The notes under the pieces are model-generated. The model had not been told where the DNA came from, did no database searches, and was given only the letters and a program-made list of their open reading frames with translations. 64,000 nt of DNA from Candidatus Woesearchaeota archaeon (GTDB lineage Archaea > Nanobdellota > Nanobdellia > Pacearchaeales > GW2011-AR1), in NCBI GenBank assembly GCA_964408235.1, contig CAYOYN010000001.1, forward strand, positions 13,450 to 77,449, given 5' to 3'. The translations under genes and the position numbers were made by a program. Of this stretch, positions 8,638 through 17,632 are shown piece by piece. How positions within the stretch are numbered: the stretch's first letter is position 1; each line of letters begins with the position of its first letter.

Positions 8638-10938
8638 TTAAAGAAAATAATTTTTTAATAAATTCCCTCTGTTTTGGTTATATGCTAGCCTTCTTATCCT
8701 GTTAATTTTAATTATTCTTACTATTCTAACTATTGTTAAGGCTATTACAACTAAAAAGAGAACAACTGCGCTCCAAAAGAACACTCTTATCTCACCATCT
8801 CCATTTTGTCCTTCTAACTCTTTATTTTCTACTTCACTGATTTCTGTTTGAGTTTGTACTTCATCAGTTTCATCATTGTCATTTTTATTGCTACATCCTA
8901 AGTCAAGAGGATAATCCACTTGCCCGTCATTATCATTGTCTGATCCATCTTCACATGCATTTTTTATATTAGGTAAAATAGGTCTTATGCTTCCGCCTCC
9001 TCCTCCGCCTCCACCCCCACCACTGGAGGAAGGATTAGGATTATTTACTGAACATCCTTCATCAGTTGCCCCATCACAGTCGTTGTCTAAAGAGTCGCAA
9101 GTTGTTTCACTAATTTGATAATTTGGAATGCTCATAAATTCACATCCAGGCCAATTTTCATTAGTGCATGTCTCAGTTGAAATAGCACAAACTCCGACCC
9201 CGCATGCCTGAGTTTGCCCATTACTACAGACAGGAGTAGATTGCACAGTAAGGGTCTGAATGTTTGATTCTAGTACTTGACCACTACTTGGATATAATGC
9301 AACAAATGCTATTTCATAATTACCAGTTGCATATCCTTGAGGAATTACTATTTCCATTTGATCACCAACAATATTGCAAATAGCCGTGTCTAAATAGGAG
9401 CAGTATGGAATGAAATCTGATTGGCCAACAACTCTTATTCCAACAACAAATGTAGATGGTCCATTAACCACATTAAAATGTACTGTTCTATTTACATTAT
9501 TTTGTATCGACCCAGGAGTTATTGGAGAAATATTAGGAGTAGGGTTGATAACAGCAATCTGCCTAGTTATAGTTTCTCCAAAGTCTTCAATTCCCTCGTG
9601 AGTAAGAGTTGCTTCAAATTGGTAAGTGCCAGAAGTAGCAGGAGCAGTTATATCAAAAGTGAATGTCTTTAGGCCGCCTGAAGCAATTATTTCGTTTTGA
9701 TCTAATTCAACTTCATTTACTCCCCAATTATTGCCTAATATCTTTAATTTATATCCTCCTTCATTATACCAATTAGTCACTCCGGTATTTCTTACAGTTA
9801 TAGAAATAGGTTCTAAAGAATTAATATAAGTGGTAGTTGGAATGGTAGCACTTATTGTTGATGCTTCTTGATCCAATAATACTTCTAATCCATCCAAGAT
9901 AAGGTTTGTATGTGTATAAGGTTGAGTTTCAGGTATGTTTGTTGGTATAGTAGCAAGCCCATTAGGATCCAGAATCCAACTTTGGAATATATGGTCTGTT
10001 CCTTCTAGACTATTCGCTTTTAGAATATTAATCCAGGTCATCGCAGAGTCATAATATACTTGATCTTCAAAATCAGGAAACATTTGTCCAAGGTAAATTA
10101 ATCCATAAGGAATTCCTTTTCCTTCTACAAATTCTTTAATATCTTTTAAGTCAGCTATATCTTGAGGTCTAGGGATAAAATCTGGACTAAAAGTATATCT
10201 ATTTACATCGAGATGATAACCATCTAGTGTTAAACCTCTCATAGCTAGTTGAGCTTCAAGAGCATTAATCCAATCTTTATGTTGTTGGACAGTCAAATAA
10301 GGGAAAGGTTCAGTTTCTATAATTTTTATTCCAGGGTGTTTTGTTTTCATTGCCTCTATGTAATCTGCTGTAATGATTGCCGATTCTTCTACACCGTATC
10401 CGCAAGTTTCTCCTCCTTCATAGACTAACCCGTAGTAAAAAGGTTCATCTAGTTTTAACATTCCTGCAGTCCCACCATGAAGTTCAATAGTATCTGCAGC
10501 CCAATCAGCATATGCTACGGGAATAGTGTCACCAAGTTGAGTGGTTTCAAGACCACATCCTCCAAATCCAACCTTTATTACTGGAACTTCAATTTCAGCT
10601 TCAATTCCCCATTGAGTTAATTTATTAAATGCATCAACTGCTAGGAAATTATCTAGTGTTGTGCCGTGGCAATCTGGACAAACCCATGGGTCAGGTAGTA
10701 CAGTTCCCATATAAAATCCGAAATAATCTATGTTTTGCCTCGTAACTTCCCATTGGGTTGGATCCGAAAATAATTCCATTATATCAACAGAATGGGTATT
10801 AGGGTGAAACACTACTCGTCTGTCTGTAAAATCTTCTGGAGATAAATTAGGTTTTTGAAATGAATAAAATGCAAGTATCCCTAAAATTAAAATAAAAAAG
10901 ATAGCTATACTTATTAGTAGTGCCACATCTTTTTTCAT
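8638..10938 (-). CDS. Large cell-surface protein (766 aa) with an N-terminal putative hydrolase-like domain, one FW/NBR1-like Ig domain, a Cys-rich DNDCDG module, a poly-Gly linker and a C-terminal TM anchor with basic tail
   Basis: N-terminal TM or signal. ISITVRNTGVTNW...FTFDITAP..GTYQFEATL domain. CDSLDNDCDGATDEGC motif. GGGGGGGGGG linker. C-terminal helix plus RIVRIIKINRIRR. Confidence 0.7.
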   Translation of the reverse strand: MKKDVALLISIAIFFILILGILAFYSFQKPNLSPEDFTDRRVVFHPNTHSVDIMELFSDPTQWEVTRQNIDYFGFYMGTVLPDPWVCPDCHGTTLDNFLAVDAFNKLTQWGIEAEIEVPVIKVGFGGCGLETTQLGDTIPVAYADWAADTIELHGGTAGMLKLDEPFYYGLVYEGGETCGYGVEESAIITADYIEAMKTKHPGIKIIETEPFPYLTVQQHKDWINALEAQLAMRGLTLDGYHLDVNRYTFSPDFIPRPQDIADLKDIKEFVEGKGIPYGLIYLGQMFPDFEDQVYYDSAMTWINILKANSLEGTDHIFQSWILDPNGLATIPTNIPETQPYTHTNLILDGLEVLLDQEASTISATIPTTTYINSLEPISITVRNTGVTNWYNEGGYKLKILGNNWGVNEVELDQNEIIASGGLKTFTFDITAPATSGTYQFEATLTHEGIEDFGETITRQIAVINPTPNISPITPGSIQNNVNRTVHFNVVNGPSTFVVGIRVVGQSDFIPYCSYLDTAICNIVGDQMEIVIPQGYATGNYEIAFVALYPSSGQVLESNIQTLTVQSTPVCSNGQTQACGVGVCAISTETCTNENWPGCEFMSIPNYQISETTCDSLDNDCDGATDEGCSVNNPNPSSSGGGGGGGGGGSIRPILPNIKNACEDGSDNDNDGQVDYPLDLGCSNKNDNDETDEVQTQTEISEVENKELEGQNGDGEIRVFFWSAVVLFLVVIALTIVRIVRIIKINRIRRLAYNQNRGNLLKNYFL

Positions 10939-10971
10939 TGAGTAATCGAAGTAATTATCTTTTATAAACTT

Positions 10972-12108
10972 CTAGTTAAATCTATTAGAGATATAATCAA
11001 TCAAAGGGTTTCCATTTAATTTTATTGTGGATGGACCATTTCTAATATAAAATTCTTCCAACCCATTATCTTTTAGAAAGACTCTTTTATTACTTGGAGT
11101 GCATTCAACCTTTAGGATTTTTTTACCTTCAATTTCAAAAATATCATATTCTACAAAATGCATAAACTGAGTTCCGACACTATTTTTAACCATATTGTTA
11201 AAGTGCAATTTTAGTTTATCATCATTAACAAAAGCATCTTTTTCTAATCCTATAATCTCTCCATTATCTGAAACTCCCACTATTAATGTTCCACCCTCAG
11301 AGTTTAGATAAGCTACTATTGTTTTCAATATAGAGTTCTCAATATTTTTATCTATAGCATTAGTATGTAGATTAGTTCTTAGAGAGGATTTAAACTCAAG
11401 TTTAGGCCCTTCACCTTTGGAAATCATAGCCTTTATTCTATCACTATAATTTTCATGAGTTTTTTCAGACTTTATTAATTTTGGATTTTTTCTAATTAAT
11501 TTGACTACTAAACTACTCATAGGGTTTCCAATTCCTTTCTTTTTATACAAATACCCACCAGCAGAAACGATAAATGCGGAAACCCCTGTGATTATCAGGT
11601 CTATCTCTATAACTCCTGTCCCTATTTGTTGTAATCCGAATCCGAAGATGCTATCTAATGAAAACTCTAAGATCTCCCATATGGCTCCCATGGTAAATGA
11701 AAGTGCGAAAGCTAGTGTAATTACCATAAATGGGCTAGAATCTAAGTGTTCGCGTTCCTCAAGAAGAAGAATTACAGTAAGCCCTACAAAACTAAGTGCA
11801 AGTGTGGCTATACCCTTAAGTAAAATATCCCACCACCATAAATTTGCAAAAAACCCCCTTACTTCTCCTAAAAATAAAGCTCCATAAATAATTAGTAATA
11901 TTGTTATTTGCATTTCACTGCCTGTTTTTATCCCAAATTTTTCTAGTAATATTGAAGCAAATGTAGCTACAAATGCAATTACGCAGAAAGCCATTGCTAA
12001 GTCTCTGCCTCTAAAAAAAGCACTGATAAATCCAAGTATCAAAACAAGCCTTACGGCATTGGTTATTAGGATCCCTACAGATAATCTAGAAAACAATCTT
12101 TTAACCAT
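10972..12108 (-). CDS. Polytopic membrane protein fused to a C-terminal AlbA_2 (Schlafen/RecG-C-like putative DNA-binding) domain
   Basis: About 6 N-terminal TM helices, then EGPKLEFKSSL...AYLNSEGGTLIVGVSDNGEIIGLEKD, matching the E..E.K...A.AN..GG.L.IGV.D.G..G pattern of PF04326. Confidence 0.6.
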   Translation of the reverse strand: MVKRLFSRLSVGILITNAVRLVLILGFISAFFRGRDLAMAFCVIAFVATFASILLEKFGIKTGSEMQITILLIIYGALFLGEVRGFFANLWWWDILLKGIATLALSFVGLTVILLLEEREHLDSSPFMVITLAFALSFTMGAIWEILEFSLDSIFGFGLQQIGTGVIEIDLIITGVSAFIVSAGGYLYKKKGIGNPMSSLVVKLIRKNPKLIKSEKTHENYSDRIKAMISKGEGPKLEFKSSLRTNLHTNAIDKNIENSILKTIVAYLNSEGGTLIVGVSDNGEIIGLEKDAFVNDDKLKLHFNNMVKNSVGTQFMHFVEYDIFEIEGKKILKVECTPSNKRVFLKDNGLEEFYIRNGPSTIKLNGNPLIDYISNRFN

Positions 12109-12150
12109 AAGGCTTCAAGGTTAATCAATTATAAAAGAATTGTTGTTTAA

Positions 12151-13128
12151 TTGGTAAACCATTCACCTTTTAAACTGCAAATCAATCAATATTATATGAG
12201 AGTAAAGTTTTCGTTTTCCTCAAGAAAAACAAGAAAGATAGATACGCACAATAAACATAGACAGGAGTATCCTTCTTTAGCTAGGGAAGTAATCTCATCT
12301 TCAGACATAATCCTTCAAGTTTTAGATGCAAGATTTATCCAAGAGACAAGAAATTTTAAGATGGAAGAGTATGCTCGCGAACATGGAAAAATCTTAATCT
12401 ATGTTTTAAACAAAGCAGATTTAGTAGATCATAAAAAATTAGAGGATGAAGGGGCAACAAAAGACTTCAAGAATTATATTTTTGTATCATGTAAAAGGCA
12501 TCAAGGCCGTAGAGAATTAAGAGAAGGAATAAAAATACAGGCAAAGAATTTCAAAAAAGCAAAGAAAAATTCAGAAAAGACTGAAGAAGAGAGGGATGCG
12601 GAAAACCATTTAGATATTCATAAGCACGGTGTTGGATATAAAAAATTCTTCAAAACTGGAGATGAAGTTCATGTGGGAGTTATAGGTTATCCAAATGTAG
12701 GGAAAAGCTCAATAATTAATATGTTAACTGGAAAGGGTTCTGCAAGGACTTCTCCAAAGGCAGGTTTTACAAGAGGAATTCAAAAAGTGAAACTCGCTAA
12801 AGGCATAATGCTTTTAGATACTCCAGGGGTAATGTCTGATGAAGATGCGGCGGCAAGTCAGCAGGCACATTTAAAGAAACATGCAATGATTGGAGTAAGA
12901 ACATATGACTCAACAAAGAATCCTGAATTTGTAGTTGCAGAAATAATGGCAGATAATCCAAATTTATTTGAAGATTATTACCATATACAAGCAGACGGTG
13001 ATGCGGAAATTTTATTGCAGGAATTAGGAAAGAAAAGAAATCTATTGATTAAAGGCGGAAATATAGATATGGATAGAACTGCAAGATTAGTATTGAAAGA
13101 CTGGCAAAGTGGAAAGATTAGGAAGTAA
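12151..13128 (+). CDS. Circularly permuted GTPase (YlqF/RbgA/Nug1-like ribosome-biogenesis GTPase family)
   Basis: The G4 motif (LNKAD) precedes the G1 P-loop (GYPNVGKSS), and DTPG (G3) follows. The true start may be the internal Met at MRVKF. Confidence 0.7.
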   Translation: MVNHSPFKLQINQYYMRVKFSFSSRKTRKIDTHNKHRQEYPSLAREVISSSDIILQVLDARFIQETRNFKMEEYAREHGKILIYVLNKADLVDHKKLEDEGATKDFKNYIFVSCKRHQGRRELREGIKIQAKNFKKAKKNSEKTEEERDAENHLDIHKHGVGYKKFFKTGDEVHVGVIGYPNVGKSSIINMLTGKGSARTSPKAGFTRGIQKVKLAKGIMLLDTPGVMSDEDAAASQQAHLKKHAMIGVRTYDSTKNPEFVVAEIMADNPNLFEDYYHIQADGDAEILLQELGKKRNLLIKGGNIDMDRTARLVLKDWQSGKIRK

Positions 13129-13130
13129 TT

Positions 13131-13448
13131 TTATCTTTCTCTTTTAGCATCTATATAGCATCTTACATCGCTTAATAAATCTGCAATATCTCTTTGTGAA
13201 GTCAAATCCTGAGGCACAAATTTTTCAAAGCTAATAAGGTCTGCTTCTAGCCCATCAATTAAGCCTCTCACCCTAACAATACACTCGTCAGATGTAACCA
13301 AATCATCAACAACTCCAGCAGGCACATTTTCCTTAGGTCTAAGCAAATCAGAAACTTGACTATTTGCAAATAAATACTGTTCTCCTAACCAAAAAACTTT
13401 ATCAAAGTATTTTTTTATAACCGGCAGGTTATATCTTTCTAAATGCAT
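13131..13448 (-). CDS. Hypothetical protein (105 aa)
   Basis: ORF convergent with the GTPase. No recognised motif. Confidence 0.35.
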   Translation of the reverse strand: MHLERYNLPVIKKYFDKVFWLGEQYLFANSQVSDLLRPKENVPAGVVDDLVTSDECIVRVRGLIDGLEADLISFEKFVPQDLTSQRDIADLLSDVRCYIDAKRER

Positions 13449-13524
13449 AATTATATCAGTCTTTGCTATTATTTAACCATTACTATGATGAACAGATTTA
13501 AATAAATAAAATCTATTTCTTAGT

Positions 13525-13806
13525 ATGGATCCAATTGCAGTAGCTGCACTTCTTGGAGGTATTGGTGGCTTAACTCGGGGAGTAGTTGGTTTGCTAAAAG
13601 CTTTATCTTTACGAAGAAGAATAATTTGGCCTTATTATCTAATTACAGTTCTTACGGCAGTCATTATAGGAGTTTTTGTAGGAATTGTATTCAATTTTGA
13701 TCCAAGATTATCTTTACTTTCGGGATATGCGGGTACAGACATTCTAGAGGGAATATACAAATCCTTTGCAGTACAGAAAGTTTACACTGCTCCAAAGAAA
13801 AGATAA
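13525..13806 (+). CDS. Small membrane protein (93 aa, 2 TM)
   Basis: Two hydrophobic helices. Confidence 0.35.
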   Translation: MDPIAVAALLGGIGGLTRGVVGLLKALSLRRRIIWPYYLITVLTAVIIGVFVGIVFNFDPRLSLLSGYAGTDILEGIYKSFAVQKVYTAPKKR

Positions 13807-13807
13807 A

Positions 13808-14155
13808 ATGGCAAACCCAGATTTAATTAGGTTTATTCTAGAAGCAAGAAAAAGAGGATTTACAGATTTCAAAATTACAGAATCTCTTTTAAGTAATGGT
13901 TGGCCGATGCACGAAATAAATCTTGGCTATGAAGTTATAAGAGATCATCATTTCAAAAAAGGAATAACTATTTGGTTGGATAAAGATGTAATAAACTTGT
14001 TAGAAAAAAGAGCAAAAAGAAATATGCTTACATTGCCTGAGCAAATAGAAGATATAGTTAGAAGAAGCATAGTCAATCATAAACCTGCTCCAAACAAGGA
14101 AAAATTAGATGATATGTTAATAGGTTTATTTTCGAGAAAGACTAAAAAAAATTAA
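13808..14155 (+). CDS. Small protein with a C-terminal ribbon-helix-helix (CopG-like) segment
   Basis: Likely start at ATG 13808 (MANPD...). The track ORF 13766 would overlap upstream. ITIWLDKDVINLLEKRAKRNMLTLPEQIEDIVRRSI is RHH-like. Confidence 0.45.
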   Translation: MANPDLIRFILEARKRGFTDFKITESLLSNGWPMHEINLGYEVIRDHHFKKGITIWLDKDVINLLEKRAKRNMLTLPEQIEDIVRRSIVNHKPAPNKEKLDDMLIGLFSRKTKKN

Positions 14156-14161
14156 ATCGGT

Positions 14162-16933
14162 TTAGTAATCATGTAAGAACTTTCTTTTATGAGGGGGAGT
14201 CTTTATTTTGAATTTAAACTCAAAGTCAAACCATTTATTCTTAAAGTGCCAATCTTCTCTTATTCCATGAGATCTACCGATAAATTTCATAATAAGATAA
14301 ACTAACAGTCCAATTAATAATAAAAATGGAATTATGAAATTAATCCATCTAGGGATTTCTTTTCTTGGAGATAGTTCTACCTTACTTTCATCTAATGTCC
14401 CTATAACTGCAAATATGGAAAATCCTTTAGAGTAAACATCATAAACTCCGAAAGTGTCATCTTCAGAAACGTATGATGTTTTAAGTTCCTGATATTCAGG
14501 ATAACATCTTACAACTTCTATTTCTCTAACATTGTTTTTATTTATCCAGTCTTTTTCTACCTCTAACCTTATACGAGTCTCATCAACATATTTATTGTCA
14601 AAATCATGATCAAAATCAAGAGCCCTATAAACCACATAATCTTCCTTGTCAATTTGACATCTATCTGGTAAAGAGTCATATTTCTTAACTTCTATTTGTC
14701 CAGTAATCCAATCCTTTGTTTTAATTTCAAATTCTCTCAAGCCTGTCTCCTTATGGTCATATATCTTTTTAACCAGTTTAACTCCGGAGTTTGACATTAA
14801 TTTCAAAATTAAAGATCTACCTGGATTTTGAACCTCATTGATATAACTTGCTTTTCCATCTTCAAATGTTTCTTCTATCTCATCCGAGGAAGATGCAGCT
14901 GAATGCGGGGATCCTAAAACTGCAGAGTTTCTTAAGTTTCCTAAAGCAATTGTGCTTCCTTCATCCCTACAAGTAACACTTCCAAAGTTTACTGTTGAAC
15001 TAGAGCCTATACATGAGGTTACATTTACTTCGTTAGATCCATCACAACCGGAACTAAATTCAGAAATAGAACTTATTTCTTGATCCTTTAAACAGATAGT
15101 CTCAAAGTTATTATCTTCAATATATAGCGTTTTATTGTATATTGCAGGAACTTGTCCGGAGAAATTAACTAACACATAATTAGTGCCTTTTATTAAAGTC
15201 ACATTTTCAAGATTAAATGTTGTTGAAGAAAAGTTAAATGAAAAATTAGCTATTAAACTATTAGAATTATAGAATGCTATTTCTTGAACTCCTGAGAAAG
15301 TCCCGTTAGCGCTAGTGCCATTAACAGTTACATTAAGTGAGGAAAATCCAGAAGTTGAAACACTTGAAGAGTTTCCTATAAGGTTATCATTCGAGTTTGA
15401 TACGCCATCACCATCACCATCGGTAAAGTTTATTGTTATGCTCCTGTTAGAGCTTGCAAAACCATAATTATTCAGTTCATCTGTGGCCAAGCAATTCCAA
15501 GTATAATTCCCATTGGTTAGAGATACATTCCAATTTCCAGAAACAGATGTTCCAGAAGTTGAAGAAATCTGGTTTAATGAGAAACTAGCATTCAAGTTAT
15601 TAGTCAAATATAAGCTGATGTTTAGAATTGAAGAAGAATCTGTAGCGCTACAACCAAAATTTAACGTAGGAAGGGCAGTATCATTATAGTAGTTATTGGC
15701 TGGAGAATTCAAAGTAACTGAAGGCGCGGAAGTATCAACAGAACTATATGAACTAGCTACCCCCATCTGATATAATTTAGTGCCTGCTCCAAAGTAAAGA
15801 TATCCTTTAGCCAAAGTTGCCGAACTAGTTATTGAAGCAGTAGCAGTAAAGTTACTTATCAATCTGCTAATATTATTTGCATCTAATTGATACATAACTG
15901 AACCTGCAGATATGAAAAGATAATTTCTATTTACAAGAGGAGGATTCGAACTATGAGTATTAGTATATGTTGTAAAGTTAGCAATTAATTGACTTACATT
16001 AGAAGCGTTAACTTGATATACATTATTGACGGATCCAAAATATAAGTATCCATTTCCAAGAGCATACCCTCCAAGACTACCATTTGAGAAATTAGCAACT
16101 CTTATGCTAACATTTGTTGCATTAAATTGTTGCAAAATATTTACGGAATTTACAGTGCATGTTTTATATACATAGTCCTTTGATGCAGGAAATGCATATT
16201 CTACGCCATTTGCAGCACAAGAAACACTAGAAATTGTTTGAGAAATGTTACTGGCATTTAATTGGCTTAACACTCCAGTTTCAGAAACATAAACATAGTT
16301 TCCTGCAAAAGGCGAAGAAGCATATATCCTATTAGAAGAGGTGTAAGTTTTAGAAACTTGGCTTAGATTAGTTAAATTATATTCCTTAAATCTTGGCGCT
16401 GCGTTACCATCACCTATGTAAACGAAATTATTGTATACGGTTGGAGAAGCATAATAAATTCCATCTGCAATAGTGGCTGAACTTATTGTTTGGCTCAAGT
16501 TAGAAGCATTTACATGATAAATTGCTCCAGTATTAGTATGGTGGTACAAAGACCCATTGTAATAAGTTGGACCGCCTGAATATGCAAGGCTATATGTCGG
16601 AGTACTATTCTCATAAAATTGGCTTATATTTGAAGCGTTTAATTTATAGTATTTTGATGAGCCTCCAGTATTTGGGAGCAAGTAAATCAAATCTCCTACA
16701 ATAAGAGGTGGAGTACCAATAGTATACGCAAATCCTTGAGTTATTACAGTAGTATTTGAAAGATTTGCAGGAGCGTTAGACAATGCATATCTATTATGAG
16801 AGATATTTCCTCCATGCATCCACCATTCGTCTGGAGGGGAGTTAGAAGATCCATCAGTAGAAGTAGCATATACAAAGCAAGAGAACAATATCAGTGAAAG
16901 TAGTAAAATAAAAGGGTAATTGGATATTTTCAT
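14162..16933 (-). CDS. Giant secreted N-glycosylation-sequon-rich surface protein (923 aa) with repeated beta-propeller-like blades and a C-terminal TM anchor
   Basis: Signal peptide. At least 6 repeats of Y.(L/V)NASN(I/L)SQ spaced about 40-50 aa apart. Dozens of N-x-S/T sequons. C-terminal helix IIPFLLLIGLLVYLIM followed by a basic tail. Confidence 0.75.
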   Translation of the reverse strand: MKISNYPFILLLSLILFSCFVYATSTDGSSNSPPDEWWMHGGNISHNRYALSNAPANLSNTTVITQGFAYTIGTPPLIVGDLIYLLPNTGGSSKYYKLNASNISQFYENSTPTYSLAYSGGPTYYNGSLYHHTNTGAIYHVNASNLSQTISSATIADGIYYASPTVYNNFVYIGDGNAAPRFKEYNLTNLSQVSKTYTSSNRIYASSPFAGNYVYVSETGVLSQLNASNISQTISSVSCAANGVEYAFPASKDYVYKTCTVNSVNILQQFNATNVSIRVANFSNGSLGGYALGNGYLYFGSVNNVYQVNASNVSQLIANFTTYTNTHSSNPPLVNRNYLFISAGSVMYQLDANNISRLISNFTATASITSSATLAKGYLYFGAGTKLYQMGVASSYSSVDTSAPSVTLNSPANNYYNDTALPTLNFGCSATDSSSILNISLYLTNNLNASFSLNQISSTSGTSVSGNWNVSLTNGNYTWNCLATDELNNYGFASSNRSITINFTDGDGDGVSNSNDNLIGNSSSVSTSGFSSLNVTVNGTSANGTFSGVQEIAFYNSNSLIANFSFNFSSTTFNLENVTLIKGTNYVLVNFSGQVPAIYNKTLYIEDNNFETICLKDQEISSISEFSSGCDGSNEVNVTSCIGSSSTVNFGSVTCRDEGSTIALGNLRNSAVLGSPHSAASSSDEIEETFEDGKASYINEVQNPGRSLILKLMSNSGVKLVKKIYDHKETGLREFEIKTKDWITGQIEVKKYDSLPDRCQIDKEDYVVYRALDFDHDFDNKYVDETRIRLEVEKDWINKNNVREIEVVRCYPEYQELKTSYVSEDDTFGVYDVYSKGFSIFAVIGTLDESKVELSPRKEIPRWINFIIPFLLLIGLLVYLIMKFIGRSHGIREDWHFKNKWFDFEFKFKIKTPPHKRKFLHDY

Positions 16934-17064
16934 TTTTTACCTCTATAATTTTTAATTAATTCTTCGAGAATCTCATCAAAAGTGTGTTTACGAACAAAGT
17001 CAAGACTTTCGAGTTTTTCTTTAGTCTCGAGGTTTATTCTTATAGTTGTAGATTTTGTAGACAT
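16930..17064 (-). CDS. 44-aa ribbon-helix-helix (CopG-like) small protein, translationally coupled to the giant surface-protein gene. Not in the supplied ORF track.
   Basis: Manual translation gives MSTKSTTIRINLETKEKLESLDFVRKHTFDEILEELIKNYRGKK. Its TGA stop overlaps the downstream ATG as ATGA. It is a paralog of ORF 32752..32979. Confidence 0.5.
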   Translation of the reverse strand: MSTKSTTIRINLETKEKLESLDFVRKHTFDEILEELIKNYRGKK

Positions 17065-17147
17065 AGTATATTTAATCAACTTAATATACATTGTAGACTT
17101 TAGTATTTAAACATTTCCTAAAAATAGAGTCTTAAAATAATTTCTCG

Positions 17148-17528
17148 TTAATATTCTACAATTGGCTTAAATCCACCAGATGACATTCTTTTCATGTCAA
17201 AAGGCATATCAGTAAATGTAGCATCTTTGTATTTCTCTTCCATATATTTCATTACTTTCTTATTAACGGAATCACGATGGGCTTTATTTTTGTAAGTTAT
17301 GAATGAAAACCCTACGGTCTCTCCGGCCTTAACTTTAGTAAGTTTAGTAAAGTAAAGTGGTTTCATGCTAGGGTCCGGTGATTTTTGGTGTAAATCATCT
17401 CCGATGCACTCGACATATTTTAATGCTCCAAATTTCTTCCAAATTTTACCTGCATCAGAAGCCATCTTTTTGTAAGCTCCAATTTTGCTCTTCTTCAAAA
17501 CGAAAACAAATCCATCTACGTATGTCAT
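17148..17528 (-). CDS. Small conserved hypothetical protein (126 aa, DUF1428-like)
   Basis: Size and composition resemble the YbaA/DUF1428 family. Identification is weak. Confidence 0.4.
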   Translation of the reverse strand: MTYVDGFVFVLKKSKIGAYKKMASDAGKIWKKFGALKYVECIGDDLHQKSPDPSMKPLYFTKLTKVKAGETVGFSFITYKNKAHRDSVNKKVMKYMEEKYKDATFTDMPFDMKRMSSGGFKPIVEY

Positions 17529-17632
17529 ATCAACAATAAATCGATTTAGTTAATAAATCTACCTACAAATTTCTATAAAAAATGATTTGAAGTCTTAAAA
17601 AGATTTAAAAAATAGTAAATTTCTTTTCATAA

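Noticed and set aside
8990-9030. GC-rich simple repeat (gcctcc)n
   Set aside because: It is the coding sequence of a 10-Gly linker on the minus strand. It has no spacers and is not a CRISPR or regulatory repeat.
7123-9672. Five short ORFs (7123..7350, 7767..8147, 8936..9118, 9410..9601, 9421..9672) inside the two giant surface-protein genes
   Set aside because: All are antisense or alternative-frame to long ORFs with signal peptides and repeated domains. 8936..9118 is just the poly-Pro reading of the poly-Gly linker.
11501-11887. 128-aa + ORF antisense to the membrane/AlbA_2 gene
   Set aside because: Shadow ORF within a TM-rich coding region.
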